Source: Thermodesulfobacteriota bacterium (lineage in GTDB: Bacteria; Desulfobacterota_D; UBA1144; Nemesobacterales; Nemesobacteraceae). From it: a stretch of DNA of 64,000 nucleotides. The notes beneath the pieces were generated by a model that saw nothing but the letters and a program-made list of their open reading frames with translations, was not told the origin of the DNA and searched no databases. The stretch's first letter is position 1. Every line of letters starts with the position of its first letter. A program made the translations under genes and the position numbers. The stretch lies in assembly GCA_965232155.1 (NCBI GenBank), contig OZ246948.1, positions 908,829 to 972,828 of the forward strand, read 5' to 3'. Positions 20,922 to 31,916 of the stretch are shown piece after piece.

Positions 20922-21449
20922 TCAGTCGTTAACGGTTACGTAGAACTTGAAGTCCCTTTCTTTTTCCTGTATTTCGTTTCCGTATTCCCGCGCCTGTTCC
21001 TTGGATTGAAAGGTTCCTATCCTCACTCTGTAGAAAGTTGTGATCTCAGAAGGCGAGTACTCCCTTATGAAAGCGGGATAGCCCCTTTCTTTGTAGAATC
21101 TTACGGTCCGGTTGGCGACTTTCTTGCTCAGAAAAGAGCTGATCTGAATGGTGTACTTATGATCAGGATTGATCATTGCCGACAGGTACTTGTCACGGGC
21201 GGCTGGGTCTTTTTCGTCCGGAGTGACGGCTGGTTTTTCCACTTCGCCACTTGGGGTTCTCTCTAGTGAGACAAAGGAAAACAGTTTTTCCAGCAATCCA
21301 GGAGATTTCTCCGCCGAGACAGGCTCATCCGAGGGAATGAATTTTTTCCCCACCACGACTCCCAGAGAAAACACCATTGTGAAAACAACGAGAAAAATCA
21401 GAGAGAACCGCAGAGCGCGGGGACTTTTTTCTTTTTTTTCTTCAGTCAT
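20922..21449 (-). CDS. SPOR-domain membrane protein (FtsN-like)
   Basis: N-terminal TM; YTIQISSF...GYPAFI...FYRVRIGTF SPOR repeat; follows argS. Confidence 0.85.
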   Translation of the reverse strand: MTEEKKEKSPRALRFSLIFLVVFTMVFSLGVVVGKKFIPSDEPVSAEKSPGLLEKLFSFVSLERTPSGEVEKPAVTPDEKDPAARDKYLSAMINPDHKYTIQISSFLSKKVANRTVRFYKERGYPAFIREYSPSEITTFYRVRIGTFQSKEQAREYGNEIQEKERDFKFYVTVND

Positions 21450-21450
21450 T

Positions 21451-23124
21451 TTACATGCTTCTGGGTGCGTTTATTCCGAGAAGACCGAGACCGTTTTCTA
21501 TTACCACCTGTACGCAGCGTGCTAGGTAGAGCCTCGCGGAGGCCATGCCGGCGTTCTCGGAGTCCAGAATTCTCGTCTTATTGTAATAAAAATGGAACTC
21601 GGCCGCCAACTCCTGAAGATAATAAACAACTTTGTGGGGGGAAAGCGATTCGGCTGCCGAACGGACTACGTCGGGAAACCTGAGAAGTGTTTTCATTATG
21701 GCTCGTTCCCCATCGTCTGAAAGAAGATTAAGGTGCTCATCCGAGGCATCCACTCCCGCTTCCTCGGAGTTTTTTGTCAGACTTGAGATTCTGGCATTTG
21801 CGTACTGAACGTAGTAAACGGGATTTTCGCTGGACTCCTTTTTCGCCAGTGAAAGATCAAAATCAAGGTGGCTGTCGGAACTTCTCATGAGCAAAAAGAA
21901 TCTCGTGGCGTCACACCCGACTTCGCGAAGCACTTCGCGGAGCGTGACGAAATCTCCCGTTCTTTTCGACATCGGAACTTCCACACCGTCTCTCACTAGC
22001 CTCACGAACTGTATAAGGAGCACATGCAGGGAAGATTCATCCAGATCGAGAGCCTTCATGGAGGACTTAAGACGTGATACGTGGCTGTGGTGATCGGCTC
22101 CCCAGACGTTTATTAGCCTGGAGAATCCTCTTGAATATTTATCCACATGGTAAGCAATGTCGGATAGAAAGTAAGTCGGAGCACCGTCTTTTTTTATTAT
22201 TACCCAGTCCTTGCCGTCCCCGTACATGGAAGCTCTGAACCAGAGCGCCTGCTCTTTTCTCTCAACTGTCCCGAGATCCTTGAGTTTGGCAAGAGCGCTG
22301 TCAAGCTTCCCCTCTCCAGAGCCGCGGCCGTGTATTTCGATTCTCTCGCTGTACCAGTTGTCAAAATTCACCCTGAGGTCCAGAAGGTCAGTTTTCATTT
22401 CCTCAAGAAGCCTTGAATAGGCAAATTCCCTGCAGAACTCGATAGCCGCCGATTCATCCCCGGGCACTTGAGGGCATTCTTCCAGTTTTTTTATTTCCCC
22501 GGCGAGTTCTGAGACGTAATTGCCGCGATAACCGTCTTCGGGAAGTTCTCTTTCAAGTCCGTAGGACTGCGCGAGAGCCGAGTATACCGATTCGCCGAGC
22601 ATATCCATCTGTCTGCCCGCATCATTTATGTAGAATTCTCTGGTCACCTCGTATCCGCAAAAGGAAAGTATTCTGCACACCGAGTCTCCGACAACGGCGT
22701 TTCGGGCGTGGCCGAAATGGAGGTATCCCGTAGGATTGGCGCTTACGAATTCGACTATGACCTTCTGTCCGGAGCCCTCGCGGGAAGCTCCGTACTTTTC
22801 GCCGAGACGGATAATTTCCCGAAGCTGTGATTCGAACAGGGTTTCGTTAACGAAAAAATTTATGAATCCCGGTCCGGCAATATCAAGCCTTTCTATGAAA
22901 CCGTGCTGGCGCCGCTCTATGGCCTCGACTATTTTTTGCGCGACTTCACGCGGATTTTCCCCCGCCATGCTTCCTGTAACGAGCGCCGCATTCGTGGAGA
23001 AATCTCCGAATTCCTTTTTTTTCGGTACCGATACCTCGAACTCTGTTTCCTTCCCCATCGGGATTCCGGGTAACGCGAGCGAATCCACGGACTCTTTTAT
23101 GATTTTCAGTATTTCGTCTTTCAT
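21451..23124 (-). CDS. argS: Arginine--tRNA ligase
   Basis: EFVSANPTGYLHFGH, WGADH, MSKRTG, NPVYYVQYA, APRSM end. Confidence 0.98.
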   Translation of the reverse strand: MKDEILKIIKESVDSLALPGIPMGKETEFEVSVPKKKEFGDFSTNAALVTGSMAGENPREVAQKIVEAIERRQHGFIERLDIAGPGFINFFVNETLFESQLREIIRLGEKYGASREGSGQKVIVEFVSANPTGYLHFGHARNAVVGDSVCRILSFCGYEVTREFYINDAGRQMDMLGESVYSALAQSYGLERELPEDGYRGNYVSELAGEIKKLEECPQVPGDESAAIEFCREFAYSRLLEEMKTDLLDLRVNFDNWYSERIEIHGRGSGEGKLDSALAKLKDLGTVERKEQALWFRASMYGDGKDWVIIKKDGAPTYFLSDIAYHVDKYSRGFSRLINVWGADHHSHVSRLKSSMKALDLDESSLHVLLIQFVRLVRDGVEVPMSKRTGDFVTLREVLREVGCDATRFFLLMRSSDSHLDFDLSLAKKESSENPVYYVQYANARISSLTKNSEEAGVDASDEHLNLLSDDGERAIMKTLLRFPDVVRSAAESLSPHKVVYYLQELAAEFHFYYNKTRILDSENAGMASARLYLARCVQVVIENGLGLLGINAPRSM

Positions 23125-23142
23125 GAGTTTTTGCGGCCTGAC

Positions 23143-23757
23143 TTACTCGACGGGAGAGAGCAGGTGGTCGATATCGTTAAAGGATATTATAACGAACCTG
23201 TCATCGTATATTTCAACGACGCTTTTTGAGGCTTCATCCACTATGTAATCACGCAATTTCTTAAGGGAACTTCCGGTAAAACTGCAAAACAGTGTGCCTA
23301 TAACCATATTGTGGCTTACGACCACTATGTTCTGCGACCCGAAACGGCTTTTGATATCTACTATGGCGTCAAGGCCCCTTTGCTGAACGCCTTTTAATGA
23401 TTCTCCACCCGGCAATTGCAGGGTTTCCGGGTCTTCGCGCCAGTGCTCAAGCACGTCAGAATACTTCTCCCTTATGTAGGAAAAATCAAGTCCCTCGAAA
23501 ATCCCCTGATCCATCTCCCGGAGATCATCCCTGATGTCGATGTCAATTGAGTGGTACGCGGCGATTTTCTCCGCCGTCGTTTTCGCCCTTACAAGATCAC
23601 TTGAGTATATGTGGTCTATCTTCTCGTCCTTAAGAGAGAAAGCCACTTTCTCTGCCTGCTCCATTCCGGTGTGGTTAAGCGGAACGTCGCTTATCCCCTG
23701 GCATCTTCCGGTTTCGTTCCAGTCTGTTTTTCCGTGTCTTACGAGTATAAGGCGCAT
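23143..23757 (-). CDS. Histidine phosphatase family protein (CobC/GpmB-like)
   Basis: LVRHG.T.WN, YSSDL.RA..TA, GGES, VVSH. Confidence 0.9.
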   Translation of the reverse strand: MRLILVRHGKTDWNETGRCQGISDVPLNHTGMEQAEKVAFSLKDEKIDHIYSSDLVRAKTTAEKIAAYHSIDIDIRDDLREMDQGIFEGLDFSYIREKYSDVLEHWREDPETLQLPGGESLKGVQQRGLDAIVDIKSRFGSQNIVVVSHNMVIGTLFCSFTGSSLKKLRDYIVDEASKSVVEIYDDRFVIISFNDIDHLLSPVE

Positions 23758-23762
23758 GCGAA

Positions 23763-24617
23763 TTACTTTTTGCTTTCACAGGAGATGACAAAGAATTCCG
23801 ACTTTATCCTGTCTCTCAGCTCGTTTGGCGGAGCAGGAAGAGGCGAAGCGTCATTTACGGCCTTTATGCAGTAAGAATCGAATTTTACGTTTCCGGAACT
23901 CCTTTCTATTCCCACATCGTACACCTCGCCAGTCTCTGTCATGTAAAAATTTACCTGAGCCGCGAGAAGGATACCGGAATCTATGTTAAGTGGCAGGATC
24001 AGATTTCTCTGTATTCGTTTCGATATTGTTCTGTAATAGACGTCAAGTACAAGTGATATGACTCCCGGGCCGGATTTTTTGGAAACCGGTTCGACAGAAG
24101 CTTGTTCGGCACTTTTCTTGATGGTGCTTAAAACGGATTCCTTTTTGATGTTTCTGATCACTTCTTTTTTCCCAGATTCAAGAGCTTTCTTCTCCGCGGC
24201 CGCTTCTTTCTTTTTCGTTTCGGGTTCTTTGCGCGGCTGTGTTTCCTTGCTCACCACTTCGGGTTTTTTCGGCTTTTCATCTGGTTTTGTCCGTGGCGGT
24301 TTCGGGTCCGGACTTTTTTCTTTTTTCGCCTTCACCGGTTTCGCTTTTTTCTTCTGTGGAGGCTTTACCTGTTTTTTGGGAGGTTTTTTGGTTTTCTTTG
24401 CGCTTTTCTCCGGTTTTTTGGGACGGCTGGGAGTCTTGACAACTGTTTTCTTCTTGCTGGCGCGCGGAACCTCAGTTGAGAGTGACACTTCTATTGATTG
24501 CTCGGGGGGAACCTGCCCGTGTCTTCCGACTCCGAGAGCAAGCAGACAGACAATCAACAGATGAAGACCCAGGGAAATAAAAAGTCCTTTGCGAAAATGA
24601 TTCTTTCCTCCCTTCAT
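23763..24617 (-). CDS. tolA: TolA/TonB-family energy transducer
   Basis: SLGLH TM motif, Lys/Pro-rich linker, C-terminal SSGN..FD....AV..ASPLP; follows tolQR. Confidence 0.8.
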   Translation of the reverse strand: MKGGKNHFRKGLFISLGLHLLIVCLLALGVGRHGQVPPEQSIEVSLSTEVPRASKKKTVVKTPSRPKKPEKSAKKTKKPPKKQVKPPQKKKAKPVKAKKEKSPDPKPPRTKPDEKPKKPEVVSKETQPRKEPETKKKEAAAEKKALESGKKEVIRNIKKESVLSTIKKSAEQASVEPVSKKSGPGVISLVLDVYYRTISKRIQRNLILPLNIDSGILLAAQVNFYMTETGEVYDVGIERSSGNVKFDSYCIKAVNDASPLPAPPNELRDRIKSEFFVISCESKK

Positions 24618-24633
24618 CTTTTTACATTTCCGC

Positions 24634-25077
24634 TTATTTGTCTCTTATGTTTTTTGACTCGGTGATCAGGCTTAGCTTTTCAACGCCGGTTTTCTTTATC
24701 TCGTCTATGACCTTTACCACGAATCCGTATTTGACTGATTTATCGGCTCTGAGGAAAACCCGTCCGCTCTCGGGCGTGGTTCCCTCCGCCGCCATTAGTT
24801 TGCCGAGAGCGGCGGCGATCTCTGAAAGCGGATAGCTTGAGTCTTCGAGAAATATCTTTCCGGACCCGGTCACGCTCACGGTTATCTGTTTCTGGTTTTT
24901 AACCGGGATTTTAGAAGATGCCGTTTGCGGAAGGTTTACCTTGATCCCCTGATAAAGTATTGGAGTGGTGACCATGAAAATAACGAGAAGAACCAGCATT
25001 ACGTCAACAAAGGGAGTGACGTTTATCTCTGAGAGGACTGACCTGCGCCAGCCGGCGTTGAATTTTCCCGTTGCCAT
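24634..25077 (-). CDS. tolR: TolR/ExbD
   Basis: EINVTPFVDVMLVLLVIFMVT, LRADK.V.YG. Confidence 0.9.
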   Translation of the reverse strand: MATGKFNAGWRRSVLSEINVTPFVDVMLVLLVIFMVTTPILYQGIKVNLPQTASSKIPVKNQKQITVSVTGSGKIFLEDSSYPLSEIAAALGKLMAAEGTTPESGRVFLRADKSVKYGFVVKVIDEIKKTGVEKLSLITESKNIRDK

Positions 25078-25093
25078 GAAGCGAAATTCCCCG

Positions 25094-25810
25094 CTACCTG
25101 TTTAGATATCTTTCCGCCGTGTTGAGAAATCCGGCACAGAAATGCTCCATTTCCACCTCCATCGCCTTTACCCTGTTGACAAAGTAGTTGTAGGCTATTG
25201 TGGCGGGGATGGCGGCCGCAAGGCCGATGGCGGTTGCTATAAGCGCCTCCGCGATTCCCGGAGCCACGACTTCAAGCGAGGGAACACCTTTGCTTCCCGC
25301 AAGTCCTATAAAGGAGTTCATAATGCCCCACACGGTTCCGAACAGCCCTATGAACGGAGCTGAACTGCCGGTGGTTGCAAGAAAAACCAGAGACTTCTCA
25401 AGCTTCGAAGCCTCTTTGGTCATCGCCCTGTTAAGTGCTCTTTCCACCAAGTCTACGGATTCGGCGCGTGAAGAAATGTTTCCGGGTCCATCAGGGTCGA
25501 GTTCCCCCCGGCTTTTCTTCTTGTCCATTTTAACCACTTCCCCATAGCCTGCCCTGAACAGCTCGGCGACTGGACCGCCGACTTTCTCCGAGAAAGAGAG
25601 AAGTGCCCTCGTGTCTTCGTTTGAATGATAAAGGTTGAGAAACGCAGCTGATTTTTTGGAAGAACTTCTTAGAAGACGGAATTTTGTGTAGATAATCGCC
25701 CAGGAAAAAACCGACATGAAAATCAAAAGCAGAAGCACGGCCTTGACCACAGGCCCGGTGCTTACAAGCAGCATTAAGATATTGTTTGTTCCTTCCGTGA
25801 ACAGATTCAT
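25094..25810 (-). CDS. tolQ: TolQ/ExbB
   Basis: LATTGSSAPFIGLFGTVWGIM, VAPGIAEAL.ATA.GL. Confidence 0.92.
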   Translation of the reverse strand: MNLFTEGTNNILMLLVSTGPVVKAVLLLLIFMSVFSWAIIYTKFRLLRSSSKKSAAFLNLYHSNEDTRALLSFSEKVGGPVAELFRAGYGEVVKMDKKKSRGELDPDGPGNISSRAESVDLVERALNRAMTKEASKLEKSLVFLATTGSSAPFIGLFGTVWGIMNSFIGLAGSKGVPSLEVVAPGIAEALIATAIGLAAAIPATIAYNYFVNRVKAMEVEMEHFCAGFLNTAERYLNR

Positions 25811-26064
25811 AAAGGGCGCTTAGGCGAAATTCGAAAAATCCGGTTCCGTCGGTAAATTCTCAAGCCATGTCGCGGGCGACACGCGGCTGGATAACCAGAT
25901 GCCGTGCGAAAAGATAACCGCCGATAGAAATCAGACAGGAAACCTTAATTGAACTACTTTACCCGTTTTACGGAATTAACCATAACTTTGCTTTCAGGTA
26001 AAATTGAAAGACCACGCGGGGTTTGCGAACATACGTGAATAACGCGCTTAATGGAGGGATCAAA

Positions 26065-26511
26065 GTGTCAAGAAAGCATTGTTTTTCAGCTGTTTTTACC
26101 CTGATTTTTTTCCTCGTGACCGCTATGGCGGTTCGCGCGGAGGAGAACAGATACACGTTCGTGGTGGAAGAAAGTTTCTATACCGTGGCACCCGAGAACC
26201 GCGAGGAGTTTCTCAGGGTATACAGAACCCGTCTTTTTCCTTTCTGGCAGGAAATGAAAAAGATGGGCATTACTGTTGACGATTACAGGATGTATTCACA
26301 GAGAATACATACCGTAAAGCCCCTTTGGACTTACAAAACCGTGGTAAAATTCAAAAACTACGCGGCGATAGACAGGTGGCTTGAGGTGAGGGACGAGGTA
26401 TACGGGAAATTATTTCCCGGGGAGAAGGGTTACAAGGAACCGAGAAAAATAATAGACTCCATTTCCGGGAATCACTGGGATGAATTCATAAGGGAAATTC
26501 CGCTTGATTGA
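26065..26511 (+). CDS. Exported hypothetical protein, possible NIPSNAP-like dimeric alpha-beta barrel
   Basis: GGAGG before GTG 26065; signal peptide ending AVRA; 'YTV.P...EEF' and 'VKFKNYAAID' pattern. Confidence 0.6.
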   Translation: MSRKHCFSAVFTLIFFLVTAMAVRAEENRYTFVVEESFYTVAPENREEFLRVYRTRLFPFWQEMKKMGITVDDYRMYSQRIHTVKPLWTYKTVVKFKNYAAIDRWLEVRDEVYGKLFPGEKGYKEPRKIIDSISGNHWDEFIREIPLD

Positions 26512-26534
26512 GTATTTTCAGATCTTTGCGCGGA

Positions 26535-27560
26535 TCAGAGAAGTTTTGGCTGACCCTTGCCCAGGCTGAGTCCCAGGTGCCTGTAGGCGAGCTTCGTAGC
26601 CTTTCTTCCCCTGGGGGTTTTTTCCACTAACCCCTCTCTTATCAGGAAGGGTTCGTAGACGTTTTCTATCGTGTCCTTTTCCTCGCTCACCGCGGCTGAA
26701 ATAGTGTCTATTCCTACGGGCCCCCCTCCGAATTTTTCGATTATGGCGGTGAGTATCGCCCTGTCAAGGTTATCAAGCCCCCTTGAATCTATCTCGAGCA
26801 TCGAGAGTGCGTCCCTGACCACGGTTTCGGTTATGCGTCCGTCCGATTTCATCTGTGCGTAGTCCCTCACCCTTTTAAGAAGCCTGTTGGCTATTCTGGG
26901 GGTTCCTCTCGCTCTCGAGGTCATCTCGCGGGCACCTTCGTCCGTTATCTCGACTCCAAGAATCCCGGAGGACCTTTTCACTATGCTTGAGAGCTCTTCT
27001 GTGCCGTAGTAGTCAAGCCTGAGTTCGACCCCGAAGCGGGAACGGAACGGGGAGGTGAGAAGCCCCGTTCTGGTCGTTGCTCCTATGAGGGTGAACCTGT
27101 TGAGGTTTATTTTCACCGATCTTGCCGTCGGGCCTTCTCCTATCATGAGGTCGATTTCGAAATCTTCCATAGCGGAATAAAGATATTCCTCGACGACCCT
27201 GTTTATCCTGTGTATTTCATCAACGAAGAGCACATCCTTTTCGTCGAGGTTGGTAAGCATGGAAGCAAGGTCTCCGGTTCTTTCGAGAACAGGTCCCGAG
27301 GTAAGGTGCAGCCCCACGCCGAGTTCGTTTGCGAATATATGGGCGAGGGTGGTTTTTCCAAGTCCCGGGGGACCGGAGAGAAGAACATGATCGAGAGCCT
27401 CGCCTCTTGCCTTGGCGGCGCCGATGAATATGGCGACCTGCTCCTTGACGCTCTGCTGCCCGATAAAGTCCCGAAGAAAAGCGGGGCGGAGGTTTACATC
27501 CGTAATCTCGTCTGTTTCCGTGTATTCGGGCGAAACGGTTTTTCTTGTGTTCTGTGACAT
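26535..27560 (-). CDS. ruvB: Holliday junction helicase RuvB
   Basis: [38 protein letters not shown]. Confidence 0.98.
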   Translation of the reverse strand: MSQNTRKTVSPEYTETDEITDVNLRPAFLRDFIGQQSVKEQVAIFIGAAKARGEALDHVLLSGPPGLGKTTLAHIFANELGVGLHLTSGPVLERTGDLASMLTNLDEKDVLFVDEIHRINRVVEEYLYSAMEDFEIDLMIGEGPTARSVKINLNRFTLIGATTRTGLLTSPFRSRFGVELRLDYYGTEELSSIVKRSSGILGVEITDEGAREMTSRARGTPRIANRLLKRVRDYAQMKSDGRITETVVRDALSMLEIDSRGLDNLDRAILTAIIEKFGGGPVGIDTISAAVSEEKDTIENVYEPFLIREGLVEKTPRGRKATKLAYRHLGLSLGKGQPKLL

Positions 27561-28145
27561 CTAGTTTCTGATCACTTTAAGGGAATCCCGAAGCGCGTTT
27601 TCTATGGAACCTGAGACCTCAATAATTTTCTTGATCTCGGGGGTTTTCCTCTCTACCTCGTTTCTCGTGTAGCCCAGATTAAGCAGTGCGGAAATCGTGT
27701 CGTTAAGCATAGTGTTCGATATTGAGGACTCTTCGTCCGCCGCAAGATCATCAAGCTTGTCCTTAAGCTCGTTTACTATCTTGGTAGCGGTTTTGGTGCC
27801 GATACCACGGATTTTTTTCTGCACCAGGTCCCCGTTTATTATGGACCTTACAAGCTCTGAAACGGAAATGTTCGAAAGCACGTTCGTGGCTGCTTTCGGT
27901 CCTATGCCGGAAACGCCGATAAGTTTTTCAAAGAGTTTTTTCTCCGCTTCAGTGAGAAACCCGAACAACTCAATGCTGTTCTCCCTCTGGCTCGTATGGA
28001 TTTTGAGTTCAACTTCCTCCCCCAAGGCTCCGAGATCATAGTAAGTCGAAAGCGGAACGGTAACGCCGTAACCGATCCCGTTTACGTCAATGACGACGGT
28101 TCCGATTTCCTTACAAACGATTGCGCCTCTAAGCAGATAGATCAT
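27561..28145 (-). CDS. ruvA: Holliday junction DNA-binding protein RuvA
   Basis: MIYLLRG start, DVNGIGY, VSGIGPKAA, AL.NLGY. Confidence 0.95.
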   Translation of the reverse strand: MIYLLRGAIVCKEIGTVVIDVNGIGYGVTVPLSTYYDLGALGEEVELKIHTSQRENSIELFGFLTEAEKKLFEKLIGVSGIGPKAATNVLSNISVSELVRSIINGDLVQKKIRGIGTKTATKIVNELKDKLDDLAADEESSISNTMLNDTISALLNLGYTRNEVERKTPEIKKIIEVSGSIENALRDSLKVIRN

Positions 28146-28695
28146 TTGCGGTGAATCTCTTTTTCCTGCGCCGGTTTCCTGCACTGCCGATAGTGCCGTC
28201 CGGCAGTCCGTATTTTGAAAGGCTTAAGTGGCAGATCGCGATCGCGAGCGCGTCTGACTCGTCCGTGCTTTGAAATTCGCTGACTCCAAGCATATAGGAA
28301 AGCATTTTCTGCATCTCTTCCTTGCCTGCCCTTCCTTTGCCGGTGAGAGCGAGCTTTACCCTGGTGGGCGCGTACTCGCTTACCGGGATTTCTCTCTGCG
28401 CTGCCGCCAGGATCGCTATGCCTCTTGACTGGCCGAGCTTTATGGCGCTCCTAGCGTTTTTGGCGAAGAACATCTCCTCGACTGATACGACCGAGGGAGC
28501 GTAATCGTCGATTACCCTCAGGATCCCGACATAGATATCGTTCAGTCTTTCAGAAGCAGAGTTTCCAGGTGCAGGAGTGATTGTTCCACTGGTTACGTAG
28601 CTTAACCGGTTCCCCGCGCCGTCCACGATTCCGTAGCCGCAGGATCTTGATCCGGGGTCGATTCCCATGACCCTGGTGTCGGAAGTTTTATCCAA
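28129..28695 (-). CDS. ruvC: Crossover junction endodeoxyribonuclease RuvC
   Basis: [30 protein letters not shown]. Confidence 0.96.
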   Translation of the reverse strand: MDKTSDTRVMGIDPGSRSCGYGIVDGAGNRLSYVTSGTITPAPGNSASERLNDIYVGILRVIDDYAPSVVSVEEMFFAKNARSAIKLGQSRGIAILAAAQREIPVSEYAPTRVKLALTGKGRAGKEEMQKMLSYMLGVSEFQSTDESDALAIAICHLSLSKYGLPDGTIGSAGNRRRKKRFTANDLSA

Positions 28696-29434
28696 TTGCC
28701 TCGAGTAACTGTTCGTCTATATCGAAGTTGGCGTACACATTCTGGACATCGTCGCTGTCTTCAAGCGCTTCCATCAATCTTATCATGTGTTCGGCGTCCC
28801 GGCCTTCGATTCTAACGTTTGTCTGCGGTATCATGGTGACTTCAGCTGATTCGTACTGTATTCCGGCGCCGGAGACCGCTTGCTTTACGGGTTCATAGCT
28901 CTCCGTGGGTGTTATGACCACGATGTCGCTGTCCTCGGTGCGCACGTCGTCAGCCCCTGCGTCTATCACCAGATCGAAGAGCGCATCCTCATCAATCGCG
29001 TCTCCGGCAAACGCGATTCTTCCCTTAAGATCGAACATCCACGCGACGCAGCCGTTCTCCCCGAGTCCTCCGCCGTGTTTGGTGAATATCCTTCTTATTT
29101 CGGAGACTGTCCTGTTTTTGTTATCAGTAAGGGTCTTTACGTATACGGCGCTTCCGCCGGGTCCGTACCCTTCGTAAAATATCTCGCTGTATACTACTCC
29201 CTCGATATCCCCGGTGCCCCGTTTTATGGCCCTGTCTATCGTGTCGTTGGGCATGTTGGCACCCTTCGCAGTTGCTACAGCCGTGCGAAGGCGCGGGTTG
29301 GATTCCGGGTCGCCTCCTCCTTCCTTGGCGGCGACAGTAAGCTCCCTGATAAGCTTGGTGAATATCTTTCCCCTCTTGGCGTCAACAGCGGCTTTTCTGT
29401 GTTTTATGTTCGCCCATTTGGAATGACCCGCCAT
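28688..29434 (-). CDS. yebC: YebC/PmpR family protein
   Basis: [30 protein letters not shown]. Confidence 0.96.
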   Translation of the reverse strand: MAGHSKWANIKHRKAAVDAKRGKIFTKLIRELTVAAKEGGGDPESNPRLRTAVATAKGANMPNDTIDRAIKRGTGDIEGVVYSEIFYEGYGPGGSAVYVKTLTDNKNRTVSEIRRIFTKHGGGLGENGCVAWMFDLKGRIAFAGDAIDEDALFDLVIDAGADDVRTEDSDIVVITPTESYEPVKQAVSGAGIQYESAEVTMIPQTNVRIEGRDAEHMIRLMEALEDSDDVQNVYANFDIDEQLLEAIG

Positions 29435-29722
29435 ATCAGCTTACCCCCCTTGTTTCTCCGTTCCTGTACATTCTTCCCTAAATTATAACCGAAAATCCCC
29501 TCAAATTGCCACAGCGCTTCGAAAACTCCCTGCAAGCGGGGAGCGCCGCTGAGACCGAGACATCTTGACATTTTTTCTCGTTTGTGTACTTACTAAAGAT
29601 AGTCTCAGTCGCAGAATCCTAAGTGTTAAATGCGTTTGTCAGGCGGGGGAGGGTTCTCATGGAAAAGCGGTGTGGGTTTTCTGCGGAGCAGGCTTTTCTC
29701 CTGGCAAGTTCAATTTTAGATA

Positions 29723-29751
29723 TTGACAAGCTCGTTATGCGGCAATACTAT
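29723..29751 (+). promoter_or_regulatory. Sigma70 promoter for rho
   Basis: TTGACA-N17-TACTAT, about 140 nt upstream of the rho ATG. Confidence 0.75.
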
Positions 29752-29892
29752 TAACTGTATCGGTTGTACTGATTTATCACTTTGAACTCTTAACACTCGA
29801 GATTGTCGCATTCCTGACACTTCAAAAGATTTCGATTATTTTTTGAACCAAGAAATTTAACAATACCTTTAGTTCAAGGAGTTTTACCGTAT

Positions 29893-31218
29893 ATGGCAAA
29901 AGTTTCTAAAGCGGAAGCTGCCGATGCTGTCCAGAAAAAAGGGGAGCAGAAAAACGGAAACGGCAAACTGCTTTACCTGAACGATCTCAGGGCGAAGAAG
30001 CCCTCGGACCTGATAAAGCTTAGCAGGCAGGCCGGTATTGAAGATACCGCCAGGATGGCGAAACAGGACCTTATCTATTCCCTGCTCAAGGCACAGAGTG
30101 AAAACCAAGGTTCCATAATAGCCGAAGGGGTGCTTGAAATCCTGGCCGAAGGTTATGGTTTTCTGAGGTCTCCCAAATACAGCTATCTGCCTAGTCCGGA
30201 CGACATATACGTTTCAAAATCCCAGATAAGGTCTTTCAGCCTGAAAACCGGGGACACGATAAGAGGCCTTGTGAGACTCCCGAGAGAAGGGGAGAAAAAC
30301 CTGGCCCTTCTCAAAATAGAGGAGGCGAACTACGATTCTCCCGAGATATGCAGGCAGAGGACGCCTTTTGAGGGTCTGATTCCCCTTCACCCGGAAGAGA
30401 AAATAGATCTTGAATATGAAAAAGACGAGTTCTGCTCAAGGGTGATGAATCTTTTCGTACCCGTGGGGAAGGGGCAGAGAGCCGTGATAGTGGCTCCTCC
30501 TCGCACTGGGAAGACCATAATAATCCAGAGAATAGCCAATGCGATAACCGAGAATCATCCCGAAATTGAGCTTTTCGTTCTGCTCATAGATGAACGCCCG
30601 GAGGAAGTTACCGACATGCAGAGGTCGGTCAAGGGAGAAGTAGTGAGTTCGACTTTCGACGAACCGGCGCAGAGGCACATACAGGTTGCCGACATGGTGA
30701 TCGAGAAGGCTAAAAGATATGTCGAGCACGGAAAGGATGTTGTTATCCTGCTCGACAGCCTTACCAGGCTTGCAAGAGCGAGCAACACGGTGACTCCCGC
30801 AAGCGGGAAAGTGCTCTCTGGGGGAATAGAGGCGAACGCTCTTCAGCGGCCCAAGAGATTTTTCGGGGCGGCGAGAAACACCGAGGAGGGAGGAAGCCTT
30901 ACCATAATAGCTACCGCCCTTATAGATACCGGAAGCCGCATGGACGAGGTTATTTTCGAGGAGTTTAAGGGAACGGGGAATATGGAAGTGTACCTTGACC
31001 GCCGTCTTGCGGAGAGAAGGGTGTTTCCTGCCATAGATCTTCAGAGATCGGGAACCAGAAAGGAAGAGCTTCTTATTGCGGAATCCGAGCTTAACCGCAT
31101 ATGGCTTCTTCGAAAAATCCTCAATCCGATGAATACCACCGAAGCGATGGAGTTTCTGCTTGACAAGCTCCGGGGAACTAAAAGCAACACGGACTTTCTT
31201 AATATGATGCACCAGTAA
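29893..31218 (+). CDS. rho: Transcription termination factor Rho
   Basis: [46 protein letters not shown]. Confidence 0.98.
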   Translation: MAKVSKAEAADAVQKKGEQKNGNGKLLYLNDLRAKKPSDLIKLSRQAGIEDTARMAKQDLIYSLLKAQSENQGSIIAEGVLEILAEGYGFLRSPKYSYLPSPDDIYVSKSQIRSFSLKTGDTIRGLVRLPREGEKNLALLKIEEANYDSPEICRQRTPFEGLIPLHPEEKIDLEYEKDEFCSRVMNLFVPVGKGQRAVIVAPPRTGKTIIIQRIANAITENHPEIELFVLLIDERPEEVTDMQRSVKGEVVSSTFDEPAQRHIQVADMVIEKAKRYVEHGKDVVILLDSLTRLARASNTVTPASGKVLSGGIEANALQRPKRFFGAARNTEEGGSLTIIATALIDTGSRMDEVIFEEFKGTGNMEVYLDRRLAERRVFPAIDLQRSGTRKEELLIAESELNRIWLLRKILNPMNTTEAMEFLLDKLRGTKSNTDFLNMMHQ

Positions 31219-31433
31219 GACCGTCTGGTGCCTGAACTACCTCAGAAGAACCGCTATACTTTCAAATAAACTTTCTTCCCCTTTATTTGTGTATTCTTTC
31301 CCGAAGATGATCCTCGGATATTAAGAAGTAGAATTTTTCAAAGTAAAGGTCTGAGGTTCACTTTACGGTCGGTTCGTTGTTGATTTCAAAATGTATCTGC
31401 TTGAGGGGGGAAGGGCGGTGATCTGCCCTTTTT

Positions 31434-31916
31434 CTATCGTCGCGTACTTTTGCCCGCGCCGGTTTTTTGCCTGACCCTGCGTACTCTGGGTTCGGTAATC
31501 TTGCCTTTGCTCATCGTTAAGCCGCGTTCTGATAAGCACTGTCCGGTTAGGCGGAGCAGCTCTTCGGTCATTTGATGTCTCAGCAGAAAGTGACGGAACT
31601 TGCAAATAGTAGTCTCGTCCGGAACCTTCTGCATTGACACGCCGGCAAAACGGCGCATGGACTCAATGTCATAAAGGCTTTCTTCCATTGCCGGGTCCGA
31701 CAAGCCGTACCATTGCTGCATCAGATAAATTCGCAGCATAACCCTGGCCGGAACAGGTCGGCGCCCCTTGTGCGACTTCGGATATTTGCTCAGTATAGGT
31801 TCGAGCAGAGGTTCCCACGGCAAGACCTCGTCCATTTTTTCAAGGAATCGCTGTTTACGGGTTACCTTCTTTTTGTTCTTATAGGCTAAATCAGAAAAAC
31901 TGGGTTTATTCGGCAT
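31434..31916 (-). mobile_element. Truncated IS5-family transposase (N-terminal part only)
   Basis: TRKQRFL..M...LPW, GRRP....MLRIYLMQQWYGLSDPAMEE.LYDI.SMRRFAG, PDETTICKFRH.L; similarity ends before the 'VDAT' first DDE residue. Confidence 0.9.

Noticed and set aside
24150-24460. Low-complexity T-rich repetitive tract
   Set aside because: Explained by the Lys/Pro-rich TolA linker on the minus strand; not a DNA repeat array
30436-31212. Long antisense ORFs (258 aa opposite rho; similar ones opposite ffh, ftsY, trkA, ribF)
   Set aside because: Shadow frames of conserved genes with no recognisable motifs
31363-31605. Possible programmed frameshift continuing the IS5 transposase
   Set aside because: Alternative frames show no VDAT/DDE motifs and end quickly; more consistent with a deletion derivative
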